From Promethearchaeota archaeon (GTDB lineage: Archaea > Asgardarchaeota > Lokiarchaeia > Sigyniarchaeales > SOKP01), in the NCBI GenBank assembly GCA_019057795.1, contig JAHLWS010000070.1, positions 1-64,000 of the forward strand: a DNA stretch of 64,000 nt, read 5' to 3'. Positions within the stretch are counted from its first letter, which is position 1. Every line of letters begins with the position of its first letter. A model generated the notes under the pieces. The model was given only the letters and a program-made list of their open reading frames with translations. It searched no databases and was not told the origin of the DNA. Below, in pieces: positions 51,308-61,173 of the stretch. A program made the translations under genes and the position numbers.

Positions 51308-53389
51308 ATGACTAAAATCCGTGGTGTTATTGTTCCATCACTCACATTTTTTAATAAAGATTTAGAGGTTAATACTGAGCTTCATTCTTTACTAACTCGT
51401 CATCTACTCGTAAACGGAGCGGATTCAATTTATTTATTTGGGACTAAAGGTGCTGGGTTTTATTTTTCAGATAAACTAAAAGAAAAAATTAAATTGATAA
51501 ATTTAACATTAGAAGTCACTGGTAAAAAAACTCCGCTAATTGTAGGAATATTTGGAAATAACAAGGATCGAATAATCGACCAATTAGAGGAGTTAGGAAA
51601 AAAATTTGGTACCATTAATTTTATAATAGCCCCACCTTATTTAGAAAAAATTAAAGATGTAAATTCGTATTTAGATTACATTTTAGGAACTGTTAACATC
51701 GATAACCATATTTATATCCATAACAATCGTGAGAAATTTGCCGGAAATGAAATTAACCCTTCTATAGTTAAGGAATTGATTGGTTATGAAAATCTTTCTG
51801 GATTTATTGACTCTTGTGATAACATAAATTATTGTAAATCATATATAAAACTAATAAATGAAAATTTTTCTTTATTGTGTGAGAACGAGGAGACTTTTCA
51901 GAAATTCCTTCAACTAGTTCCTTTAAACCTAAGAAAATATGTTGGAATTGTTCCCTGTGTTAGCAACTTAGTTAATTTAAGTTCAAAGTTATATTTTTGT
52001 GCAATTGAGGAAAAGATTTTAGAGTTACACCAACTTCAAGAACAAATAAATGATATTAGAAATAAATTATATGATAATAAAGCTCAAGATGGAATAGAAC
52101 AACGAGGCTTGAAGTATGCGTTTTTATATTTATACAAAAGTTTTTCACCAAATTTAATAGAAGATTTAAATATTTTAAGTCCAAATTTAAAAGGGACCCT
52201 CGATGAAATCACAAAAGAAAGAATAGAAGCATATGTGAACTATTTAAAAAACCAAAAGCATATTTATCAATTATTTTCCTTAGGGAAAGATAATATATAT
52301 CAATTAGATGATATGATAAACATATTTTCTAATGTAGAAGTCCTCCTTTCTCAAGGCAACATAAAGAAGGTTATTGGTCCCTTCGATGCTGATATAAACA
52401 CAATATACAGAGTAAATTTTGAAAAGAGTCAGTTAATCTTCAAATTCCGGACTTTAAAATCTTTTCAATATGAAGATATTGTAAAAGAAAAACTTCTATT
52501 TCCTTTCCTAGACGGGTCGCTAAATTCCAATTCCTTTGATCTTAGAGAAAAAATAAAAAAAATCGTTTCGATCAAGAAAGGAGACTACCAATTTAGTAAC
52601 GATAAACCCCCTATTATACCAGTAGCAAATTTAGTTTATTTTGATGAAACTAAAGAAGTTATTCCATATATTTTTACTATCCAAGAATATGTCCACGGCA
52701 AGTCTTTAAAAGATTTGTTTAATCAATATAGTAAAGAGGATTTAAGCTTTTCTAAGTCCAAATTCTTAACTTTGTTTAATGATTTAGGAGAACTTTTAGG
52801 GAAATTACATACAATATCTTTTGATTCGTTTCAAGAGCACATTTATAATATAGGTAAAATATCAAAAATTAATTGGTTAGAACTTATTAATTCAGAATTT
52901 AAAATAGAGAGCCAAGAAGCAAGAAGAAAAAAACTTGGTTATGATAATGAAATAAAAACATTTTTAAAGGATAATATTTCTTTATTAGAAGAAGAAAACG
53001 AACCAGTTGTACTTCATAATGATTTTCAATGGACAAATCTAATAGTCAAAGATTCCCCTAACAAAATCCAGATAAATGGGATTATAGATTTTGATGATTG
53101 GCGAGTTGGTGCTAGGGCACAAGATTTTGTAAAAATGGAATTTTATACCTTAAAACCTATAAATAACATTGATATTAGAGAATCTTTTTATAATGGGTAT
53201 AAGAAATATTGTAATGTTGGGCAAGATTTTTTCAAAAAACTTGATATTTATTCATTATTATGGTTTTTAAAGTTTTATAATTCATTATATGGTAATTTAG
53301 CCAATCTAAAAGGTTCTAATTCAATTAATGAAAGAGATAAATTATGGAATTCATATATTAAAGAAATAGAAAGAATTATTAATTCCTAA
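51308..53389 (+). CDS. DHDPS/NAL-like TIM barrel fused to an APH/choline-kinase-like phosphotransferase
   Basis: N-terminus GVIVP.LTFF, NGAD...GTKG, PLIVG, PPY; C-terminus LGKLH, LHNDFQWTN, GIIDFDD. Confidence 0.75.
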   Translation: MTKIRGVIVPSLTFFNKDLEVNTELHSLLTRHLLVNGADSIYLFGTKGAGFYFSDKLKEKIKLINLTLEVTGKKTPLIVGIFGNNKDRIIDQLEELGKKFGTINFIIAPPYLEKIKDVNSYLDYILGTVNIDNHIYIHNNREKFAGNEINPSIVKELIGYENLSGFIDSCDNINYCKSYIKLINENFSLLCENEETFQKFLQLVPLNLRKYVGIVPCVSNLVNLSSKLYFCAIEEKILELHQLQEQINDIRNKLYDNKAQDGIEQRGLKYAFLYLYKSFSPNLIEDLNILSPNLKGTLDEITKERIEAYVNYLKNQKHIYQLFSLGKDNIYQLDDMINIFSNVEVLLSQGNIKKVIGPFDADINTIYRVNFEKSQLIFKFRTLKSFQYEDIVKEKLLFPFLDGSLNSNSFDLREKIKKIVSIKKGDYQFSNDKPPIIPVANLVYFDETKEVIPYIFTIQEYVHGKSLKDLFNQYSKEDLSFSKSKFLTLFNDLGELLGKLHTISFDSFQEHIYNIGKISKINWLELINSEFKIESQEARRKKLGYDNEIKTFLKDNISLLEEENEPVVLHNDFQWTNLIVKDSPNKIQINGIIDFDDWRVGARAQDFVKMEFYTLKPINNIDIRESFYNGYKKYCNVGQDFFKKLDIYSLLWFLKFYNSLYGNLANLKGSNSINERDKLWNSYIKEIERIINS

Positions 53390-53745
53390 ACTTGTTCATA
53401 GAGAACACATGCCATTAAAGTAAATTTCCAAGGTGCTTTATCACTACTGTAAACTAGTGATTTAACTTCCTCAGAAGATTCGATTCCTGAATAATCACTA
53501 AATACTTTCCAAGCAATTTTACCAATAGCGTCATGATCTTCTAGAATTGTTTTAAAATTTTGTTTAATTCCCGCCCAATATATTTTTCTTGAATCCATAA
53601 TTTCCTTCAGTTTTGGCAACTCAACTAAACCTTCTAGTACGAGGTTTTCAGAAACAAATGAGAAAAATTCACTAAATTTTTTTGAGACGTCATCTGGAGC
53701 TCCTAAATTTCTATCGTATAAAAACACAAGACCAATTGATTTCAT
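53386..53745 (-). CDS. Hypothetical protein
   Basis: 119-aa ORF with an upstream GGTGA motif. Confidence 0.65.
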   Translation of the reverse strand: MKSIGLVFLYDRNLGAPDDVSKKFSEFFSFVSENLVLEGLVELPKLKEIMDSRKIYWAGIKQNFKTILEDHDAIGKIAWKVFSDYSGIESSEEVKSLVYSSDKAPWKFTLMACVLYEQV

Positions 53746-53907
53746 TTTTTTAAATTCACCAATTCATCGAGTTAATTATCTTTATTATAAGTTTAGATTA
53801 TATTCCATAAAAGATTAAACATATTCGCATTATAATTATAAATTATGGAAGAATTAATAAATAGATATAATTAAAGTTATTCGAAAGAGAAGCTATTATA
53901 AAATTGC

Positions 53908-54321
53908 TCACCAAAAAGCATCTTGGAATTTTTTAATCGTTTCTTCTAAGCTATCTTCAATTTCTTTTTCAAAATTCATAAAAACGCTTACATCATTATC
54001 CCAGTTAAGCAAAATGTCCTCTGAGTATAGGTCGAAAAATTTGTTAGCAATAAATAACATTTCTTGCATAACTTTTTTTTCTTTTACTTTTTTCGCTGAA
54101 TTTGCTATAAATAGTATACTATTTTTTTTTAACAGAGTATAACGTTTATCTTGTAATTCAAAATTAGATAACCCTTTATGAACAAGTTCTTCAGCAAATG
54201 AATTTAACGCGGCCATTAACCCACCAAAAAGTTGATCATCCATATTTTCGTCAAATCTACGATGATAAAGAACGATTCCCGATTCTATGAGAATCCAAAT
54301 ATCTTGTAGTACTTTAGACAT
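53908..54321 (-). CDS. Longin-like domain protein (Asgard type)
   Basis: IWILIESGIVLY...QLFGGLMAALNSFAEE...F...Y pattern. Confidence 0.65.
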   Translation of the reverse strand: MSKVLQDIWILIESGIVLYHRRFDENMDDQLFGGLMAALNSFAEELVHKGLSNFELQDKRYTLLKKNSILFIANSAKKVKEKKVMQEMLFIANKFFDLYSEDILLNWDNDVSVFMNFEKEIEDSLEETIKKFQDAFW

Positions 54322-54407
54322 TTTTTTTACTGCTCCAAAAAAGACTCTAACTTCTTTTTAATTAGTCTTTATACTATATTATAAGAAAAAAAAGGTTTAA
54401 ATTTAAT

Positions 54408-55151
54408 CTATTTTTCACTTTTTGGTCTAATGTATCCAAAGTAAGCACCTAAAATGGCAAAAATAACAAAAATCCAGGCTAAAAAGTAGAACAACGAAAA
54501 TCCCGGTCCTCCTGCTAAAATAAGTACTCGATCAATTAAAAAACTTAATGGTACAAGGATAAAGAATATAGCCATTATTGCTAATGATAAAAAGGCTGTT
54601 TTAAAAACCTTATTATCTGTATCTTTATACGATTGAAAGGATTCAATGAAAAAGGGTATGTAAATTAATGCCATAAATACGAAAATAAATAGAAAAGCAA
54701 AAACATCGTATAGCGTATTTCCTCTCTGATATACAAATAAAGCAAATCCTGCGGTAAAAATCGCATAAAGTGTTACGATAATTCTCAAAACCTTATTGAA
54801 TCCTTTTCCGAAAACTTTTACTTTGAAAACGTATGAGAGATAGATACCAATAGATAAGAAGACAAAACTTATTCTAAAATCAGTTATTCTAAGTATAATC
54901 CAGGACAATAACGTACCAGGATCTGGAAGGATGGCGTTATACACATAATCGATTCCAGAATATAGCACAAAAATCTTCGATAACCAAGAAAATATAATTG
55001 CAATTACGTAACTTAGGAAAATTAAGAAGAGATACAAAGTTAACTGGTGTTTCTTTTCGTAATATTTCATTAGGATTAAGACTAGAAAAATCATTGCTAC
55101 TAAGATAATAAAAGTTTCAAAGACCATCCCAACGAATTGTAAGTCAGCCAT
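54408..55151 (-). CDS. Hypothetical 7-TM membrane protein
   Basis: About seven hydrophobic helices ending YFGYIRP. Confidence 0.7.
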   Translation of the reverse strand: MADLQFVGMVFETFIILVAMIFLVLILMKYYEKKHQLTLYLFLIFLSYVIAIIFSWLSKIFVLYSGIDYVYNAILPDPGTLLSWIILRITDFRISFVFLSIGIYLSYVFKVKVFGKGFNKVLRIIVTLYAIFTAGFALFVYQRGNTLYDVFAFLFIFVFMALIYIPFFIESFQSYKDTDNKVFKTAFLSLAIMAIFFILVPLSFLIDRVLILAGGPGFSLFYFLAWIFVIFAILGAYFGYIRPKSEK

Positions 55152-55370
55152 ATAAATTATTAAAAAGTAGAAGTATTTATATTTTAAGTTTCTAAGAAAT
55201 AAATCTGATTGATGAAAATGATAATTTTATTCTCAGGGAACTGCCAAATCTTTGAATATATTTAACTAAAATTTAATTTCTTAATAACATATAATAATTT
55301 AACTTTCTGTTTTTAATGTTTTCTAATAAAAGAGAGAGAGAATACAATTTGCACAGATGGTTTAATTTTT

Positions 55371-56303
55371 ATGTCGAACTTTAATAAAGAATTATCCTTA
55401 GCAATTAAATTGGTTAAAGAAGCTTCAGAAATTACAGAATGGTTTAGAAAAAAAAAAGTTTTATCATTTAAGAAAGAAGATGAATCGCCTGTAACTTTAG
55501 CAGATTTTGCTTCCCAAATCTTTATTATATCTAAAATAAAGGAGCTTTTTCCCGAAGACCAAATTATTGCGGAAGAAGATAGTGGAGCTTTTCTAAATCT
55601 AAATGCTGAAGATATTATAAAAAAGTGTTACAATTCGTTGAATCTAGTGATTGAGGATGACTTTAAAGACACTTTAAATTACCGAGGTTCTAATTCTAAA
55701 CGCCAATGGACAATAGATCCCATCGATGGTACAAAAGGATTCCAAAAACATTTAGCATATGCTATTGGGATTGGATTTATGGTTCAATCCGAACCAACAG
55801 TTTGCGCAATATCTGTACCAAACTATAATGAACAGAATCTAACGATTTTTTCTGCGGAAAAAAACCACGGAGCCAAAGTTTCGTATGGAAACCAAAACTT
55901 TAATCTAATTAAGGTAAGTGAAAATAAAATAATTAAGAATTTTCGTATGTGTCATTCGTTGCATTACGATAAACCTTGGGTAATAAATTTCGCTCGTTCA
56001 CTTGGTATAACCTACTTTGTTCAAATGGACAGTATGGCGAAGTTTTGCATGGTTGCTGATAGTACAGCCGATCTTTACGTTAAACCTTTGAATATAAAAC
56101 GTTCATTTACATGGGATTTTTTACCGGGAGATTTACTGGTTAAAGAAGCGGGAGGGATCATTACAGATCTAAATGGGAATTTAATTAAATATTTAAACGA
56201 GAAATGTATAATTACCGCTCCGGGTCTTATTGCTTCCAATGGGGTTTTGCATAAGGATTTATTAAACGCATTAAAATCAAGCAAAATCATAAAAAGTAGT
56301 TAA
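55371..56303 (+). CDS. 3'(2'),5'-bisphosphate nucleotidase / inositol monophosphatase family (HAL2-like)
   Basis: K.DESPVTLADF, IAEE, DPIDGTKGF, DS.AK, WD...G..LVKEAGG. Confidence 0.88.
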   Translation: MSNFNKELSLAIKLVKEASEITEWFRKKKVLSFKKEDESPVTLADFASQIFIISKIKELFPEDQIIAEEDSGAFLNLNAEDIIKKCYNSLNLVIEDDFKDTLNYRGSNSKRQWTIDPIDGTKGFQKHLAYAIGIGFMVQSEPTVCAISVPNYNEQNLTIFSAEKNHGAKVSYGNQNFNLIKVSENKIIKNFRMCHSLHYDKPWVINFARSLGITYFVQMDSMAKFCMVADSTADLYVKPLNIKRSFTWDFLPGDLLVKEAGGIITDLNGNLIKYLNEKCIITAPGLIASNGVLHKDLLNALKSSKIIKSS

Positions 56304-56313
56304 AAAATCCGAA

Positions 56314-57402
56314 TTAAACTGCTAAATAATTTATTAATGTAGTTTGCATTGCACTTGGAGCTTTTTCTATATTTGACAATTTAATGCCAACGAGTCTAAC
56401 TTTCTTGTTCATTATAGAAAATTGATTTAATAAATCAACAATTACTCTCAATACTTTATTCTTATCTTGAATATGATGAGCAAAAGATTTTGAGCGAGTG
56501 TATGTTAAAAATCCTTCAAGTCTTATTTTTAAAGTTACCGTCCGATAAAATATTTTATTTTTAATTACTTTTTTATGAATTTTATTATTTAATTCTTCAA
56601 GTTTAGTTAAAATTACTTTGAAATCATCCGTATCCTCATAAAAGGTTCGTTCCTTGCTAATAGATTTTCTATCACCGTCAAATTCTTTCACTTCTCTATC
56701 ATCAAAACCCATAGCAATTTCCCAGGCCCATTTTCCATTTTTACCAAACAATTGAATCATTTTATGGAGCGGAGTATTAATAATGTCACCAATCGTATTA
56801 ATGCCTTTTTTGTTGTAATACAATTTAGATTTTTTTCCAATACCTGGAATAGTAGTTATATCTAAATCTTTTAAAAAAAATTTTATTTTTTCAGGTTCAA
56901 CTACGGTAATTCCATTAGGTTTATTACAATCAGAAGCGATTTTTGCTATAGATTTAGTCGATGCACATCCAATCGAGATTGTAATACCTATTTTTTTTTG
57001 GACTTCGTCTTTTAATTTTTCAGCTAAATCTCTAACTTCTTTATAATTTATACACTTATCTGATATGTCTAGATATGCCTCGTCAATACTTACCTGTTGA
57101 AACATATCTGAATAGGAATTAACAATCTCCATTACTTCTTTTGAGGCTTTATGGTATTTCTCAAAATTGGGATGAAGATAGATACCATGAGGACATCTTT
57201 TATAAGCGCGGGATATAGGCATCGCAGAATGAAGTCCGAATTTTCGAGCCTCGTAGTTACAGGTACTGACTACACCTCTTCCTTTTCCCTCTTTTGGGTC
57301 TGCTCCTATTACTATAGGTTTTCCTATATATATTGGGTTATCTCGTTCCTCAACAGCAGCAAAAAAGCAATCTAAGTCGCAATGTAAGATAAAATGGCTC
57401 AT
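56314..57402 (-). CDS. dinB: DNA polymerase IV (Y family)
   Basis: HCDLDCFFAAVE, CNYEAR, SIDEAYLD, KPNG; PIP-like QTTLINYL. Confidence 0.95.
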   Translation of the reverse strand: MSHFILHCDLDCFFAAVEERDNPIYIGKPIVIGADPKEGKGRGVVSTCNYEARKFGLHSAMPISRAYKRCPHGIYLHPNFEKYHKASKEVMEIVNSYSDMFQQVSIDEAYLDISDKCINYKEVRDLAEKLKDEVQKKIGITISIGCASTKSIAKIASDCNKPNGITVVEPEKIKFFLKDLDITTIPGIGKKSKLYYNKKGINTIGDIINTPLHKMIQLFGKNGKWAWEIAMGFDDREVKEFDGDRKSISKERTFYEDTDDFKVILTKLEELNNKIHKKVIKNKIFYRTVTLKIRLEGFLTYTRSKSFAHHIQDKNKVLRVIVDLLNQFSIMNKKVRLVGIKLSNIEKAPSAMQTTLINYLAV

Positions 57403-57580
57403 TTTTAATCGTTTTTAATAAATTCCATTAATTTAGACATTGTTAGTATTTCCAAATAAATTAAAAAAAGTTAGACTATGTTGAATTATTAATTTAAAAT
57501 TACATAATCGCATAATTCATCTCTAATGGATGTCTAATTCTATGAAATACATTTTTAATCAATCTTTAATTTAAAATCAT

Positions 57581-58267
57581 ATGGAAACGGATAAGTTAGA
57601 ACAACTTCGAAAAACGGTTGTAAGAGGAGCTCAAGAGATATATAGTAAAGGGTTAGTTGAGGATGGAGAAGGTAATGTTAGTGTAAGAATCGATAAAAAT
57701 GAAATATTATGTACTCCCACTTCAACAAAATATAAATTATTAAGTCCTGAGCTAATTGTCCATATGGATTTAGATGGAAATGTATTAGGCTCGGGTAAAA
57801 TTCCTTCCACGGAAGTTAAAATGCATCTAGCCGTTTATAAAGATAGACCTAAAGTTAAATGTGTTATCCACAATCATTCATCCTATATTACTATGCTTTC
57901 AGTTCTAAGAAGAGGCATTCCAATTATAATGGAACAACAATTGATTTTCCTTGGTGGAGAAATTCGATGTACTGAAATTACTGAAGCCCACACAGAAGAA
58001 ATGGGATTAAATGCGTTGAAAGCGCTAGATAGAAATAACGCAGCGATACTCGCAAATCATGGGGCTATCATATGCGGAAAATCTGTTGATCACGCAGTTC
58101 GGTTTGCTGTAATATTAGAAAAATTGGCAAAAGTGTATTGGGGCGCACTGCAAATTGGAGTCCCATTAACGATCCCTGAGGAAAACCTTGAAGAACACGA
58201 GAAGATGTTTAACGGATTATTTGCTTGTTATCCACGAAGAATGAGGAGTAAAAAGTCAAATAGTTGA
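57581..58267 (+). CDS. Class II aldolase/adducin family (FucA-like)
   Basis: GNVSVR, PSTE..MH, IHNHS, LANHG. Confidence 0.9.
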   Translation: METDKLEQLRKTVVRGAQEIYSKGLVEDGEGNVSVRIDKNEILCTPTSTKYKLLSPELIVHMDLDGNVLGSGKIPSTEVKMHLAVYKDRPKVKCVIHNHSSYITMLSVLRRGIPIIMEQQLIFLGGEIRCTEITEAHTEEMGLNALKALDRNNAAILANHGAIICGKSVDHAVRFAVILEKLAKVYWGALQIGVPLTIPEENLEEHEKMFNGLFACYPRRMRSKKSNS

Positions 58268-58272
58268 TTTTT

Positions 58273-59103
58273 ATGGAATTAGGTATCAGTTCCTTAGGAG
58301 ATATTATCGATTTTGGACTTAGTAACAAGTGGAAGAATGTTAATGATTTGTTGTCTAAATCCACAGAAGCATGTCTTAATTTTGCCGAAAAACAAGACAT
58401 TGCTACAGTAGAAATAGTTATAGATCCACAAAATATATTTATAGACGCGATTAAACAAAAATTCGTTGACTTGATGAGTTCTTATTCTATGAAAAAGCAA
58501 GTTCATGGTCCTTTTATAGATGTAAATTTATGTTCCCACAATGATTTGATTTCTCAAGCTTCTGTAGAAGCCTATATTGAAACATCTAAACTTTGTGAAG
58601 AAGTAAATGTTGATATGATGACAATACATCCCGGTTTAGCGAACTTTATGATAGAATCAATTAGAGAATATAACAAAATTCAGTTAACCAAGGCGATTGA
58701 GACTTTATTAGATTTCACAAAAAACCTTAATTTAACGATTTGTTTAGAAAATATGCCCAAAAATACTAATATCATGTTAGATGAAAATAATATTTCCGAA
58801 ATATTAAGGAAAATTAATAGAACTGATCTTTTTCTTACCTACGATACGAGTCATTTTTATACTAACAACGGAAATGTAGAGGATTTATGGGAAACATCTC
58901 ATAACATTATCAAGAACATACATCTAGTTGATAATTTCACTAAAGAAACCGATACACACCCTCCTCTAGGCAGTGGAAAAGTCAAATTTAAAGAAATCTT
59001 AGAGATTATCAACAGTTACAACTATAAAGGAGCTCTAATTATAGAACTATCCTCTAATAAGAAATTACAAGAGAGCATCGATTATATTAACCGGTTTTTA
59101 TAA
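58273..59103 (+). CDS. Sugar phosphate isomerase/epimerase TIM barrel
   Basis: HGPF, TIHPG, LENM, DTSH, IHLVDN, DTH.P.G.G, IIE. Confidence 0.85.
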   Translation: MELGISSLGDIIDFGLSNKWKNVNDLLSKSTEACLNFAEKQDIATVEIVIDPQNIFIDAIKQKFVDLMSSYSMKKQVHGPFIDVNLCSHNDLISQASVEAYIETSKLCEEVNVDMMTIHPGLANFMIESIREYNKIQLTKAIETLLDFTKNLNLTICLENMPKNTNIMLDENNISEILRKINRTDLFLTYDTSHFYTNNGNVEDLWETSHNIIKNIHLVDNFTKETDTHPPLGSGKVKFKEILEIINSYNYKGALIIELSSNKKLQESIDYINRFL

Positions 59104-59179
59104 ACAAATTTCTCTGAAATTATTTTGTTTAATAGAAATTTTATACACTTATTTATGAAATAGTCTTATAAAATATATA

Positions 59180-59572
59180 ATGAAAATCATATCTCTTCAA
59201 ATTAGCGATGACTTGTTAGATAGGTTTGAAAAAGTTCGAAATCAGAGCGGATTTAATTCAAAAAGCGAAGCATTAAGAGATTCAATAATAAAATTCATTG
59301 AAAACTATGAAAAATTTGAAAATTTAGAAGGATATCGAATTATGAATATAAATCTTGTCTATCCATTTAAAGAACCTATTGCGGATGAAATTTCTGAACT
59401 TTATCACCAATTCCACGCCATAATCAAGGCCGTTACTGATTGGAGAATTGCAGAAAAAAAAATTGAAATTGTTTTAGTAGTAGGAGAATTCGGAATTATT
59501 AAGGATCTTTACAAAGCGATTGTTAAGATTAAAGACATAATAAGCTCAATCCACGAAGTTATAATCGATTAA
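59180..59572 (+). CDS. CopG/NikR-like RHH transcription regulator
   Basis: IISLQISDDLL...SKSEALRDSI plus an ACT-like C-terminal domain. Confidence 0.8.
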   Translation: MKIISLQISDDLLDRFEKVRNQSGFNSKSEALRDSIIKFIENYEKFENLEGYRIMNINLVYPFKEPIADEISELYHQFHAIIKAVTDWRIAEKKIEIVLVVGEFGIIKDLYKAIVKIKDIISSIHEVIID

Positions 59573-59583
59573 TTAATTCACAT

Positions 59584-60438
59584 TTAATCAAATCGAAGTG
59601 AAAAATCTACAAATTCAGTAGGTTTTTGCGTAAGCACGCTTGTACTTATTATATCGGGCTCGGAAATTAAATAATCAACTATGTTATCTTGCGTAATATT
59701 TCCCGAAACTTCAATAGTGACATTTTCGCGTAAATCATGTTTTTTTAGTAAGTTAATCGCATCTTGTACGCTATCAGGATTCATATTATCTAACATTATT
59801 ATATCTGCTCCGTTTTGTACAGCAATTAAAACATCCTCAACTTTTTCCACTTCAACTTCTATCTTTTTTGTAAAACTAACGTTGTTTTTCACATTTTTGA
59901 GAAGTTCTGCGACATTTCCGTTATAAAATTTTAAGTGTGTTGACTTTAAAAGCACCATATCATCTAAGTTAAAACGATGCGTATCTCCTTTTCCAAAATC
60001 TACAGCTTTTTTTTCAAATAATCGTAAACCGGGAAGGGTCTTTCTAGTACATGCTATTTTAACTATTTTTCCGGATTTTTCAATTATCTTAACAAATTTA
60101 CGCGTTGTTGAGGTAATTGCGCTCATATGGCTCATAAGATTTAAACCCACTCTTTCGCCTAACAAGATATCTTTAGTTTTTCCACGTAATTCTACTATTA
60201 CATCTCCATTTTGGATTTGATCGCCATCTTCTTTCTTGAGAGTAACGGCAATACCTAAAACATGAAATAATATCTCGATTTCTTCGATACCCGATAAATA
60301 CCCGTCACTTTTAGCAATAATCTTGGCGGACGAAATCGAATCCTTAGGGATTGATTTTGAGCTAATATCAATAAACATACAATCTTCGTGCAAAAACTCC
60401 CTTATTTTTTTTTCAATTAAAATGCGATTAAAACTCAT
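59584..60438 (-). CDS. nadC: Nicotinate-nucleotide pyrophosphorylase (QPRTase)
   Basis: ER..LN, TRKTLPGLR..EK.AV, HR, EVEV, IMLDNM, E.SG. Confidence 0.95.
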   Translation of the reverse strand: MSFNRILIEKKIREFLHEDCMFIDISSKSIPKDSISSAKIIAKSDGYLSGIEEIEILFHVLGIAVTLKKEDGDQIQNGDVIVELRGKTKDILLGERVGLNLMSHMSAITSTTRKFVKIIEKSGKIVKIACTRKTLPGLRLFEKKAVDFGKGDTHRFNLDDMVLLKSTHLKFYNGNVAELLKNVKNNVSFTKKIEVEVEKVEDVLIAVQNGADIIMLDNMNPDSVQDAINLLKKHDLRENVTIEVSGNITQDNIVDYLISEPDIISTSVLTQKPTEFVDFSLRFD

Positions 60439-60494
60439 TTTTACCAGATTCTTTAAGCAGTATTATTATTATAGATTAAACACTAATTAAAATT

Positions 60495-61169
60495 ATGCAT
60501 GGCATTGATAAAATAATTATTGAAACTAATGAAATTAGGCTTGAAGCCGAGTTTTTTCAGTTGAGTACAAATATTTCTCAGTCAGTTGTTTTAATTTGTC
60601 ACCCACATCCTCAATTTTTCTGGGTTTAAAGCCCTAAAAAGGGAAAATATGGGGGCAATCTGTATAACAATGTCGTATCTGGCGTTTTTAATATGTGCGT
60701 TCAAAATAAGATTTCATGTTTGCGGTTTAATTTCAGGGGAGTAGGAAGTTCGACTGGAAGTCATACTAGTGGAAATGGCGAGTTAAGCGATGTGAAAGCT
60801 TGTATTGATTTTTTAATAAACGAGAAAAACATTGAAAAAATAATAATCTGTGGTTATTCCTACGGCGCCGCTATCGGGTGTTCTGTTGTAAATTTTTCTG
60901 AGAAAATAATTGGCTATTGTGCGATTTCTTTTCCTTGGGATTTCATGGGCTCAAAATATAAGAAACTTTCTCAAACTAAAAAACCAAAATTGTTTATTCA
61001 AGGGAATCGAGATACTATTGCGCTCTATGAAAATTTTGAAAACCATTATAATTTCTATTTCGAACCAAAAAAATATAAGATTATTAATGGAGCTGACCAC
61101 TTTTACTCGGGATTTGAAGAAAATATCGCACAAGAAGTAAGCGAATTCTACAATTCGATTACAAAATAA
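60495..61169 (+). CDS. Alpha/beta hydrolase, spliced: join(60495..60613,60647..61169), 213 aa
   Basis: Spliced product reads VLICHPHPQ-YGGNLYNNVV, RFNFRGVG.S, GYSYG, QG.RD, GADHF. Confidence 0.88.
60614..60646 (+). other. BHB pre-mRNA intron (33 nt, contains in-frame TAA)
   Basis: Central helix TCCT/GGGA, bulges CA|A and AA|A, inner stem TTTTT/AAAAA plus GGGT/GCCC, outer stem CCCACA/TATGGG. Confidence 0.87.
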
Positions 61170-61173
61170 GATA

